Source: an uncultured bacterium (GTDB lineage Bacteria > Krumholzibacteriota > Krumholzibacteriia > Krumholzibacteriales > Krumholzibacteriaceae). Taken from it: DNA of 64,000 nucleotides. Both the position numbers and the translations under genes were made by a program. The stretch covers positions 17,775-81,774 of the forward strand of contig CAZPAH010000002.1 in assembly GCA_964584495.1 (NCBI GenBank), read 5' to 3'. The first letter of the stretch is position 1. Every line of letters starts with the position of its first letter. Below are positions 29,326 through 37,877 of this stretch, piece by piece. The notes under the pieces were generated by a model. The model had not been told where the DNA came from and did no database searches. It saw only the letters and a list, made by a program, of their open reading frames with translations.

Positions 29326-29366
29326 CGGGAAATAATAGGAAAAGGCCGCGACATCCCATCGCGGCC
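29326..29366 (-). terminator. rho-independent terminator downstream of the OMP gene
   Basis: On the minus strand: GGCCGCGA-tgggatg-TCGCGGCC (8-bp perfect stem, 7-nt loop) followed by UUUUCCUAUUAUUU. About 60 nt after the OMP stop. Confidence 0.5.
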
Positions 29367-29426
29367 CTGTAACCACGCCTCGCCGGCGACGTACTCTTGC
29401 CCGGGAACCGGAGAAAACGCCGCGTT

Positions 29427-30110
29427 CTAGAACTCGTAGCCGAAAAGGAGACCGAAACCGATATTCTTCGTCTCCTCCTCTTCCAAAACCTGTGTTTCGG
29501 CGATGCCGTTAATATGTCCCGAAGCAGTGCCCCCGCTGATTATCTTGGCGAAACCGAGGTTGAACCTCCCGTCGACGAGGATATTTCCTCCCCCGATCCC
29601 GTACGCGAAGCCGAAGCCGAAGACGAAGCCGAAGTCGGCGCTGCTCATGACATCCTTCATGTCGAAAGAGCCGTTGACCTGCTGCCCGAACTGTTCCCCC
29701 TCTAGCTTCATGTCTGCGCTTAGAAGTATGCCGACATCCGGTCCAATGAAAAAGGAAGTGCAGAATCCGCTCTCCGTCGGAATCGAGTATTTCGCCAGTA
29801 TCGGTATGTCGAGATAGTTGTACTCACCGGTGAACTTGAGCGCCCCGAAAGGCAGGAACATGATCTCGCCCTCGCATCCCTTCATCGTGTAGAGGAACTC
29901 CGGCTGAACGCTGAAATTCTTCGTGAAAGCGTAATTCGCGAAGGCTCCGCCCACCCATCCGTTCTTGAAAGCGGTGTCGTCCCAGCCGAGCGGAACGGTC
30001 GTGATATTGGCCGAGTATATTCCGCCCTTGGCACCGAAGGATAGCTCGCCGGCCGCAGCGGCCGTATTCAGCATCATCAAAACCGCGAGTAAAGAGATTA
30101 TCCGTTTCAT
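29427..30110 (-). CDS. outer-membrane beta-barrel protein (OmpA-like/porin-family barrel)
   Basis: Signal peptide MKRIISLLAVLMMLNTAAAA. Alternating amphipathic beta-strands. C-terminal ...GLLFGYEF with terminal Phe typical of BAM substrates. Start is set at the internal ATG (MKRIIS), preceded by GGAGAGGATGAA. Confidence 0.6.
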   Translation of the reverse strand: MKRIISLLAVLMMLNTAAAAGELSFGAKGGIYSANITTVPLGWDDTAFKNGWVGGAFANYAFTKNFSVQPEFLYTMKGCEGEIMFLPFGALKFTGEYNYLDIPILAKYSIPTESGFCTSFFIGPDVGILLSADMKLEGEQFGQQVNGSFDMKDVMSSADFGFVFGFGFAYGIGGGNILVDGRFNLGFAKIISGGTASGHINGIAETQVLEEEETKNIGFGLLFGYEF

Positions 30111-30445
30111 CAATTCATCCTCTCCGGGAAAATATCCAATAGCCCTTCGATTACGCAACAACTGCGTATCCACCCTTATCGCCCTCTCGAGATCACCCCC
30201 TCGTCATACTGCCTCCGATATAAGGTCGTCGGCCTTTATCCTAAAATATATATTTACTCGTCCGCCACAAAATAATAAAGGCCCGTAGAAATTTCCACAG
30301 TGTCCGTTGACAGTCGGCGCACCCCGCTTCCCGCTCCGTAAAATCAAGGCCTAAAAGCCGAAATCCACAGCCAACACGGCCGTTATGGAATCTCATGATC
30401 TAAGATACAGATTTTTCGGATCGATCTCAAACAAAACTTGCAGAT

Positions 30446-30461
30446 TGGCACCAGGTTTGCA
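30446..30461 (+). promoter_or_regulatory. sigma-54 (RpoN) -24/-12 promoter consensus TGGCAC-N5-TTGCA
   Basis: Exact match TGGCACcaggtTTGCA with the GG-N10-GC spacing, about 85 nt upstream of the SPFH operon ATG at 30547. Extended context gATTGGCACcaGGTTTGCAcg. No other promoter-like element lies between it and the gene. Confidence 0.5.
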
Positions 30462-30546
30462 CGAATCCCCCACGGTTCAGCATGACACAAAAAAATTACG
30501 GATTTCATTGCACAGGGTGGCCGATTTCTACCGATAGGAGGCTCCG

Positions 30547-31704
30547 ATGTCACAATTCATGGAAGTACTGGAATGGTTCGATCTAACGGGAGAAGAGATA
30601 GTGCACAGGATCCCGCCCGAGGGATCGGCGGAGATCAAGATGGGGGCCCAGCTCATCGTCAGGGACAACCAGGCATCGGTATTCTTCAAGGACGGCAAGG
30701 GACTCGATATTTTCGGCGCTGGACGTCACACCCTTACAACGAAGAACCTTCCGATATTGACCAAAATCCTCGCCCTCCCCTGGGGATTCAAGAGCCCGTT
30801 CAGGGCGGAAGTGTATTTCGTCAACATGAAGTGCTTCCTCGATCAGAAATGGGGCACGAAAGACCCCGTCGCTTTCAAGGACAGCAAGCTGGGGCTCGTC
30901 AGGCTGAGGGCTTTCGGCATCTACACGTTCAAGATCACCGAGCCGGTCCTCTTCATAAACACGGTCGTGGGGACTCAGGGCGTCTATACGAGCGAGATGA
31001 TAGGCAACTACCTGCGCGACGTCATCGTCGCCCGGATAAACGATCTGTTCGGCGAGAAGCTCGACACCATCTTCGATCTTCCGCAGAATTACGACGAGCT
31101 GGCGATGGAGATAAAGGAACGCCTCGTAAACGATTTTTCCAAGTATGGAATGGAGTTAAACGATTTCTTCATCAACTCGATAACCCCCCCTCCCGAGGTC
31201 CAGAAAATGATCGACGAGAGAAGTGGACTCGAGGCGGTGGGAAATCTCGATGATTTCTTCAAGTTCAAGGCGGCCAAGGCGATGGGCGATGCCGCTTCAT
31301 CCGGCGGTTCGGGAGCGACCGGCTCCGCCGCCTCGGGCGGCATGGGGATCGGCGTCGGGGCCGGTCTCGGGATGATGATCCCCGGGATGCTTGCGAAGAG
31401 CGCACAGCCGGGTTCGGCGGGGACGGCCACCGCCTCGGGCAGCGGCCTCCAATGTCCGAAATGCCACAATGAAATAGACGAGGAGTCGCGCTTCTGCCGG
31501 AACTGCGGAACGCAGATCGTAGTGATGAACCGTTGCCCCGAGTGCCGGAGCGAACTACCGCCCGGGGCGAAATTCTGCTCGAATTGCGGCAGCAGACTCG
31601 GAGCGGAATTGAACTGTCCTCACTGCGGCGCCAAGCTGCCTCCCGGCACCAAGTTCTGCACGAATTGCGGGGAAAAGGTGGATAAAGAGGACGATGCAGG
31701 TTAA
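30547..31704 (+). CDS. SPFH/band-7 (stomatin/prohibitin/flotillin-like) protein with Gly/Ser/Ala linker and three C-terminal zinc ribbons (COG4260-like)
   Basis: N-terminal about 245 aa SPFH-like domain. Then a low-complexity linker ([25 protein letters not shown]...). Then three tandem zinc ribbons: CPKC-x10-FCRNCG, CPEC-x10-FCSNCG, CPHC-x10-FCTNCG. RBS GGAGG 6 nt upstream. Confidence 0.8.
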   Translation: MSQFMEVLEWFDLTGEEIVHRIPPEGSAEIKMGAQLIVRDNQASVFFKDGKGLDIFGAGRHTLTTKNLPILTKILALPWGFKSPFRAEVYFVNMKCFLDQKWGTKDPVAFKDSKLGLVRLRAFGIYTFKITEPVLFINTVVGTQGVYTSEMIGNYLRDVIVARINDLFGEKLDTIFDLPQNYDELAMEIKERLVNDFSKYGMELNDFFINSITPPPEVQKMIDERSGLEAVGNLDDFFKFKAAKAMGDAASSGGSGATGSAASGGMGIGVGAGLGMMIPGMLAKSAQPGSAGTATASGSGLQCPKCHNEIDEESRFCRNCGTQIVVMNRCPECRSELPPGAKFCSNCGSRLGAELNCPHCGAKLPPGTKFCTNCGEKVDKEDDAG

Positions 31705-32398
31705 ATGCAGCCTCTGCGGAGGCGAAAACGAGCTACATCCAGGACAGCAGATGCTGTTTTGCGTCTACTGCGGATCCTCACTCGCGATAGGCGGCGGAGA
31801 AAAGAGCGAACATCTGATTCTCCCGCACAAGAGGAACGACCGGATCGCCGAAGAGGCCCTCCGGTCTTTCCTGGCAGGGAGGGGGCTCGCGCGTCCCCGC
31901 GAGATCGAGACCGGATTTTCCTATATCCCGTATACCACGGGCGAAGACGATAAGGGCCGCCCCGTGCTTTTGCCCGCTTCCCGAGAGGCGGATCCGACCG
32001 GCGTTCTCGCTTTTCCCCCAGCCGGCAACTACCGCTATTTCGATGAAGAGGCGGCCGGAAAAGAAACGATCGTACAGCCCGGCGGTGAAATTCCGCGCGG
32101 CGTCAAGATGCTTCATCTCCCCGTATACGAGATCTCGTACCGGGCCGGGGGTGGCAGGTGGAAAGCAGCCGTGATGGGCGAGAGCCTTTTCGTCTACGCC
32201 GACGAGTTCCCGCCGGCTCAAACCGCCCCTTTGAGCGCAACCAACATGCTCGCCGCCTCTTGTCTCTTTGTTCTTTACCTCTTCGCGGGGAGATTGGGTC
32301 ACGGCTGGGCGGGACGCCTGCTGGTGACTTCGGCGGCGGCCGCGCTCGGATTCGTCGGATTCACTATCCGCAGAAGGATATTCGATGGTAGAAGATAA
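31694..32398 (+). CDS. N-terminal zinc-ribbon protein with C-terminal membrane anchor (operon partner B)
   Basis: CSLCGG-x14-CVYCG at the N-terminus; conserved LPVYEISYR motif; C-terminal hydrophobic hairpin ([16 protein letters not shown]...[17 protein letters not shown]). Overlaps the SPFH gene by 11 nt, indicating translational coupling. Confidence 0.6.
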   Translation: MQVKCSLCGGENELHPGQQMLFCVYCGSSLAIGGGEKSEHLILPHKRNDRIAEEALRSFLAGRGLARPREIETGFSYIPYTTGEDDKGRPVLLPASREADPTGVLAFPPAGNYRYFDEEAAGKETIVQPGGEIPRGVKMLHLPVYEISYRAGGGRWKAAVMGESLFVYADEFPPAQTAPLSATNMLAASCLFVLYLFAGRLGHGWAGRLLVTSAAAALGFVGFTIRRRIFDGRR

Positions 32399-33431
32399 TT
32401 CAGCGGTGATCGAGACCGGGAGGCGGAATGCCTCGGTCCCCTCCGAACAAGCCGGCGGAGCTTCGCGCGAGACGATAGGAGTGAACTGCCCCTCCTGCGG
32501 GGGATCGCTCCGCCTCCACGAGGGAGAGAGAAGCCTCGAGTGCGAATACTGCGGCTCGGCCCTTTTCGTCACCTGCCCCAAGGGGGTCAAGAGATTCATT
32601 CTTCCGCCGGCGATATCAGCGGGTAAAGCGAGGATGGCCGCGCTTCATCACCTTACGGAGAAGACGAACGGCAGGGTAAAGGCCCGCCACGCCTCGATAA
32701 TCGACCTCCGCCTCATACACGTCCCCTTCTGGCGCATGCACGGCAAGCTGACCGGATGGATCGCCGGCGACATGACCAGCCAGAAGGAGGTCCAAACGGT
32801 AACGCCCACGATAAACGGAGTCCAGGTCAAGACAACCTACCAGGAGGAGAAGCATCCTTTCTCCAAGCTGATATTCAAGGAGGTCGACTGGTCGTCGCCT
32901 GCCTGCTCGGTCCGCCACCTGGGACTGCAGGGGATATCCCTCAAGGCGCGATTCCTCAAGTGGGATGTGTTCGACCATAAGATGACGGAAGAACTGAACA
33001 CCGCCCTTCCCATGAAACCGGTCCGGCGGGCCGAAAGAGAGGGGTTCCAATACCTGTCACGCCTTTCCATGCCGACCGGCTCGAACGTCCGCGGCTCGAG
33101 GTTTCACCTATTCGGCAACACCCTTTCGCTGTACTACTACCCAGTATACATCCTCCGTTACAGGCACAGGGGGATGATTCACGCGATCACCATAGACGGC
33201 GGCGACGGACGGATAATCCGTGGCGATATTCCTAAGAGGAAGCTGATAGATTCGAGATCCCTCTTTTTCATCCCAGCCGGAATCGCCTTCCTCGCGTCCA
33301 CCTGGTTTCCGCTCATTTTTATTGCCGCAGCCGGAGTATACGCCTGGGACTCTTTCCAGGCATCCGCATTCGAGCCTCCGCACAGGTGGCTGCTGGGGCG
33401 TCTCGATGACTGGTTCGGGGGTGAGATGTAG
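32385..33431 (+). CDS. N-terminal zinc-ribbon protein with C-terminal TM helix (operon partner C, paralog of B)
   Basis: CPSCGG-x14-CEYCG; shares the YPVYILRYR / LPVYEISYR motif with partner B; C-terminal TM (FFIPAGIAFLASTWFPLIFIAAAGVYAW). 14-nt overlap with the previous gene. Confidence 0.6.
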   Translation: MVEDNSAVIETGRRNASVPSEQAGGASRETIGVNCPSCGGSLRLHEGERSLECEYCGSALFVTCPKGVKRFILPPAISAGKARMAALHHLTEKTNGRVKARHASIIDLRLIHVPFWRMHGKLTGWIAGDMTSQKEVQTVTPTINGVQVKTTYQEEKHPFSKLIFKEVDWSSPACSVRHLGLQGISLKARFLKWDVFDHKMTEELNTALPMKPVRRAEREGFQYLSRLSMPTGSNVRGSRFHLFGNTLSLYYYPVYILRYRHRGMIHAITIDGGDGRIIRGDIPKRKLIDSRSLFFIPAGIAFLASTWFPLIFIAAAGVYAWDSFQASAFEPPHRWLLGRLDDWFGGEM

Positions 33432-33432
33432 G

Positions 33433-34263
33433 ATGGACGGAAAGATCGGCGTGAAGGTCCTAAGGTGCGAAGAGTGCGGAACGCCGTTGCCCGTTATGGG
33501 CAGGTTCGTGACCTTTCAGTGCCCTACCTGCTTCCGGTTTTGGATCATAAACTCCGACAGGCTGGCCCCTCTTGCCGTTTACAGAGCCCCCCTTCCCGAA
33601 GGTTACGAGGGAGATCCCCTGCTTCTCCCCTTCTGGATGATCGAGATAGAGAAGGAGGAGTTGCGTGGAAGAATAGATTCGTCGCTCGCCAGGCTCAACG
33701 AGGCAGCCATGATCATCGCCGGAAAGAGCCTTGAGGAGAGCCGGGCCCAGGTCGAGATAACTACCGGCGAGATCGAGGGAGATCCCAGCCCGGGCGCCAA
33801 AACGGCGATGATAGGCGACGCCGTGCGCGTCAAGAAATCCGTCTCGGACAGCGAGATCAATTTCCTCTTGAGAAAACTGGAAGGCCCGGGTTTCTCGTTC
33901 GTATACGTTCCGGCCTTCCATACGGTCAACGGCTTCGCCTACCTCAAGGTGGGCCGGCTTCTGACAAGGGTCCAGCCCTCGTTCAAGCCGTCAAGGGTCC
34001 AGCTGCCCGACAATCCAGTCTACTGTGCTCTGACCGCCGACGACGCCCTCTCGCTGATCGACTACGTCTTCTTCGCGACCCTTCCCGAATCGATACGGGA
34101 ATGCGCGGAAATCCTGGAGGATATAGAGCTGCGCCCCGCCTCCCCCCCCAGGCTTGTGGAATTCCCCTTCGAACAGAGGGGTGCCGACCTGAAAAGCCTT
34201 ATCGGTGATTTCAACATATCAATAAGGCTTCTCGACGGCTCGGGAAGGTCTTCGGAGGAATGA
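33433..34263 (+). CDS. N-terminal zinc-ribbon protein, soluble (operon partner D)
   Basis: CEECG-x14-CPTC at the N-terminus with the same C-x2-C-x14-C-x2-C spacing as partners B and C. No TM segments. The ATG lies 1 nt after the partner C stop. The track ORF starts earlier but overlaps partner C. Confidence 0.55.
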   Translation: MDGKIGVKVLRCEECGTPLPVMGRFVTFQCPTCFRFWIINSDRLAPLAVYRAPLPEGYEGDPLLLPFWMIEIEKEELRGRIDSSLARLNEAAMIIAGKSLEESRAQVEITTGEIEGDPSPGAKTAMIGDAVRVKKSVSDSEINFLLRKLEGPGFSFVYVPAFHTVNGFAYLKVGRLLTRVQPSFKPSRVQLPDNPVYCALTADDALSLIDYVFFATLPESIRECAEILEDIELRPASPPRLVEFPFEQRGADLKSLIGDFNISIRLLDGSGRSSEE

Positions 34264-34381
34264 TCCTTCCACCGGGTCGGCCCGCTTCGAACCTCTTTAC
34301 CCCAGATATTTTAGCCCCGGCATAGGCAATAATTTCCCGCGATCTTGACCGGACCCGCCGCCGGAATGGATCACGGATAGC

Positions 34382-34407
34382 GGGGATCGTTTAATCCCTT
34401 TTGTTTA
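34382..34407 (+). terminator. putative intrinsic terminator after the SPFH/zinc-ribbon operon
   Basis: GGGGAT-cgttta-ATCCCU stem-loop (5-6 bp) followed by UUUUGUUU, about 120 nt after the last operon gene. Modest stem, so low confidence. Confidence 0.4.
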
Positions 34408-34521
34408 CAGGCTGTTATTTGGGCGTCTCTTTTTGCCCTGGCCGCCCACCTTTCAGGCAACCTTCTTGCGTTTCGATTCCGCGAGAAGAACGGACAATCA
34501 AATACGGGAGATGAAACGGGT

Positions 34522-36066
34522 TTGACGGAACGAACCGGCCTCGAGGAGCCCCTAAGGGAAGAGATCGCCGCGGAGCGCGAAAGCGCCACCGGTCCCATCC
34601 CCGTCCGATGCGAACCGCCGGAAGGGGCTGAGGACGGCTCACGCGTAATCAGGCGTGTCGCCAGGAACACCCTTTCGCTTACCGGAGCCAATCTCGCCAG
34701 CAGCGGCCTGACGTTCCTCGCCACAGCCTACCTGGCGCGAATCCTCACCGCCGAGGGGTTCGGGATACTCGGATTCGCCCAGGCGGCGATGACCTATTTC
34801 ACCCTCCTGATCAACATGGGGTTCGCCCATTACGGGGTGAGGGAGATCGCCCGCAGGCCGGGCGATGTCGACCGTTACGTCAACAACATCGTCACGATCA
34901 GGACCATTCTCGCCGCGGTGAGCTACGCCCTGCTCTTTCTCTTCGCCTACTCGATCTCGAAACCGTTCACAGTCAAAGCGGCGATCCTCATACTCGGCCT
35001 GAAGCTTTTCAGCCTCACCTTCAACCTCAGATGGGTCTTCCAGGGCAAGGAGAGGATGGGATGGATAGCGGTCAGCAGATTCGTCCCCCAGCTCTTTTAC
35101 GCGGCGGCCGTCTTCCTGCTGGTGGAACACCGCGAGCAGGTCCTAAGGGTTCCCGCACTGCAGGTGGCCTCGACCGCAGCGGGAACCGCCATCCTATTGG
35201 CCCTCTATCTTAGAAGCGGACGGAGGTTGAAATTCAGCATCGACATGCCGTTCTGGAGGGAAATATTCAGGCAATCCATTCCGATGGCGGCCAGCTACGT
35301 TCTCAACCAGGTCTACGTGAACTTCGACATGATCTTCCTGGGTTTCACGCATGGAGAGAAGACGGTGGGATTCTATCACGCCGCGAACAGGATCGTTCTG
35401 ACGATCAACATGTTCGGCACATATTACTTCTTCAGCCTTTTCCCGAACCTCTCGAGAATCTTCTTCGATTCGAGGGAGAAGCTCCAGGCGCTCGTATCGA
35501 ACAGCATTAAATATGTGACGATCCTTCTTTTCCCGGTTGCCGTGGGCGGAACCGTGCTCGCCGGACCGATCATACGGACGGCCTTCGGGAGCGGGTATGC
35601 GGCCAGCGTGCTGCCCCTCCAGCTTCTCATTTGGAACGTCGTCATTATAAATATACGGCAGCACTACAGCAACACGCTGATAGCCTGCAACCTTCAAAAA
35701 CGGTACATGTACTGCGCTGCCCTGGGGGCCGCGACGAACATAGTTCTGAACATGATCTTCATCCCGCGCTTCGGTATGCCCGCGGCCGCCTGCACGACGA
35801 TATTCTCCGAGCTCGTCGTCCTCGCCTCGATCCGCAGGGAAACGGGAAAGATTATAAAAACCCGTATCTGGAGGGTAATCGCCAGGCCCCTGGCGGCCTC
35901 ACTGGCGATGGGCGGTATCCTCCTGCAGACGGGAGGATGGAACATCTTCGGAAGAGTAGCGCTCGGCGCATCGGTCTACTTCCCCCTCCTGTTCCTGGTG
36001 GGAGGCCTGAGCGGAAAGGATATTCGAAGGTTGAGCAGGATCGGCCGCGAACGGAACCGGCGGTAG
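34522..36066 (+). CDS. polysaccharide biosynthesis protein / Wzx-like flippase (MOP superfamily)
   Basis: Polytopic (about 12-14 TM) protein after a roughly 50-aa cytoplasmic N-extension. Hydrophobicity pattern and length match oligosaccharide flippases of Wzx/RfbX type. Confidence 0.6.
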   Translation: MTERTGLEEPLREEIAAERESATGPIPVRCEPPEGAEDGSRVIRRVARNTLSLTGANLASSGLTFLATAYLARILTAEGFGILGFAQAAMTYFTLLINMGFAHYGVREIARRPGDVDRYVNNIVTIRTILAAVSYALLFLFAYSISKPFTVKAAILILGLKLFSLTFNLRWVFQGKERMGWIAVSRFVPQLFYAAAVFLLVEHREQVLRVPALQVASTAAGTAILLALYLRSGRRLKFSIDMPFWREIFRQSIPMAASYVLNQVYVNFDMIFLGFTHGEKTVGFYHAANRIVLTINMFGTYYFFSLFPNLSRIFFDSREKLQALVSNSIKYVTILLFPVAVGGTVLAGPIIRTAFGSGYAASVLPLQLLIWNVVIINIRQHYSNTLIACNLQKRYMYCAALGAATNIVLNMIFIPRFGMPAAACTTIFSELVVLASIRRETGKIIKTRIWRVIARPLAASLAMGGILLQTGGWNIFGRVALGASVYFPLLFLVGGLSGKDIRRLSRIGRERNRR

Positions 36067-36122
36067 TATGACCAAGCGCGGGCCCCTCGCCACCGCGGCC
36101 GCTTCGGAGGAGATGTAGAAGG

Positions 36123-37835
36123 TTGAAAACGGGAAAGGATATCGTCTCAAAATACCGCCTCTCGGCGAATGGAGATCCCGCGGCGGACGATCCCCGCCTC
36201 CGGGGACACCTCTGCAGCCGCCCGTCATACAGGGGGCCCGGCGGCCTCTGGCATCATTCGTATTTCGATGCGCTGGACGGGGGCCGCCCGGTCTACCGCT
36301 GGAACACTGGGGCCATACTGTCGGCGATCTCGTTCCACTACGCCGTCGGAGACATGACGCTCCTCGAGGAGATCCGCCGCGATCCATGGCTTTCCCGGAT
36401 CGACGAGGGCCAGGAACCCTACCTTCTCGATATCCCGCCTCACGGCCGCCGTATCGAAAAAACAGAGACGATCGCCGGGAACCTCCTGGAGAAGCTGCGC
36501 GATGAGGCGGCCGGCGCGTGCCGCGGACGCGACGATATCTATATCCTTCTGTCGGGGGGGCTCGACAGCAGGATCGTTGCCTCAACGGTCGCCCGGTTGT
36601 ACGATGAGGGCAGGATAAAAAACAGGCCGGCGGCCGTGACATGGGGTCTCGAGAATTCCCGCGACTATCAGTACGGCCGGGCCGTCGCCCGGACACTCGG
36701 GTTGGAGTGGATACACATAGATATTGGCCCCGGGACGTTGATCGAGAACATCGAGCTCTCGGCGCTCAACGGAAACCTCCTCCCCCCATCCGACCTTCAC
36801 TGCCTGTCCTGGTTCAGGCGTCTCTCTCCCGCCTCCCTCGTCCTGGCCGGCAGCTATGGCGACTCGATCGGCCGCGGCGAATACAGCGGGCAGCATCTTC
36901 TGGAGCTGAGGTATCACAATCCGTCTAACCTGTTCGGCCTGGTCCGTGCTGAGCTGTGCGCTCCGGCGGCCCGGCGGGTGGAGAAGGAGCTGACGGCGCT
37001 TCGAGGCAGAGGCGCAGGTAGACCCGTCTACGCCGTGTGCGAGCTGGAGCAGCAGGCGCATTACATGAGGGGGATGATCCATCAAGCTATCAGCATCGTA
37101 TCCTCATGGTGCGACGTCTATCAGCTTTTCACAGATCCCTCCGTCTACTCCTACATCTGGTCGATCCACCCATCGCTCAGGGGAAACGCTATCTACGCCT
37201 CACTTCTTGAGCTTTTGGATCGACGCCTCGCCCGTATCCCCTGGGCCAGAACCAACCGGGCCATGAGTGGGAAAACCGTCGGGAGGCTCGGAGGTCTACA
37301 AAAAGAGTTTCACAACTACTCCGATTGGATAAGCGGGGAGCTTTACAAGCGGATATCGGAGTATGTCGATCCCGCCTGGTTCGCCTCCACCGGAATCTTC
37401 AACGGGGACAAGGTCGAGCGGCTGGGGGCACGCCTCTCGCCCGGCCGTGCGGGAGGAGAAGGCGGATCTTTCAAACCGTACAGCGTCTACCTCTGGCTCG
37501 CCGCCTTCAGGAGATTCGCCGAGCTGTGCGGGGAGCGGGGCAAGACGCTCGAGCTTTCTGAGGAAAGGGACAAAGCCTGCCCGAGCGCCCTGCTCGATCA
37601 TCCTCCCGACGACAGGTCCTTCCTGAGAAAGGTTATCGGCAGGTCCAGGAAGGCCAGGGAGCTCAGGCGCAAGTTTCGAAGGGTACGTCTTAAAAAACGG
37701 GCGCTGAAGGAGTTCCCTCCCGAACCGGACGACGGGCGGCTCCACGGGGAAACGTGGAACGGAGCGACCGCCCCGGGAAAAGACCTAAGTCCCGGAATAG
37801 AAAAGACTAAAGTCCCTGTTTCAGGATCCGAATAG
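36123..37835 (+). CDS. asparagine-synthetase-domain protein lacking the N-terminal glutaminase domain
   Basis: PP-loop motif LSGGLDSRIVAS of the AsnB synthetase (ATP pyrophosphatase) domain, but the N-terminus has no Cys-2 Ntn glutaminase signature (MCG). Followed by a full-length AsnB paralog. Confidence 0.55.
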   Translation: MKTGKDIVSKYRLSANGDPAADDPRLRGHLCSRPSYRGPGGLWHHSYFDALDGGRPVYRWNTGAILSAISFHYAVGDMTLLEEIRRDPWLSRIDEGQEPYLLDIPPHGRRIEKTETIAGNLLEKLRDEAAGACRGRDDIYILLSGGLDSRIVASTVARLYDEGRIKNRPAAVTWGLENSRDYQYGRAVARTLGLEWIHIDIGPGTLIENIELSALNGNLLPPSDLHCLSWFRRLSPASLVLAGSYGDSIGRGEYSGQHLLELRYHNPSNLFGLVRAELCAPAARRVEKELTALRGRGAGRPVYAVCELEQQAHYMRGMIHQAISIVSSWCDVYQLFTDPSVYSYIWSIHPSLRGNAIYASLLELLDRRLARIPWARTNRAMSGKTVGRLGGLQKEFHNYSDWISGELYKRISEYVDPAWFASTGIFNGDKVERLGARLSPGRAGGEGGSFKPYSVYLWLAAFRRFAELCGERGKTLELSEERDKACPSALLDHPPDDRSFLRKVIGRSRKARELRRKFRRVRLKKRALKEFPPEPDDGRLHGETWNGATAPGKDLSPGIEKTKVPVSGSE

Positions 37836-37877
37836 GTAAGTGAGCGAAGATCGCCATTATTCAAGAAAGGACCGCTA

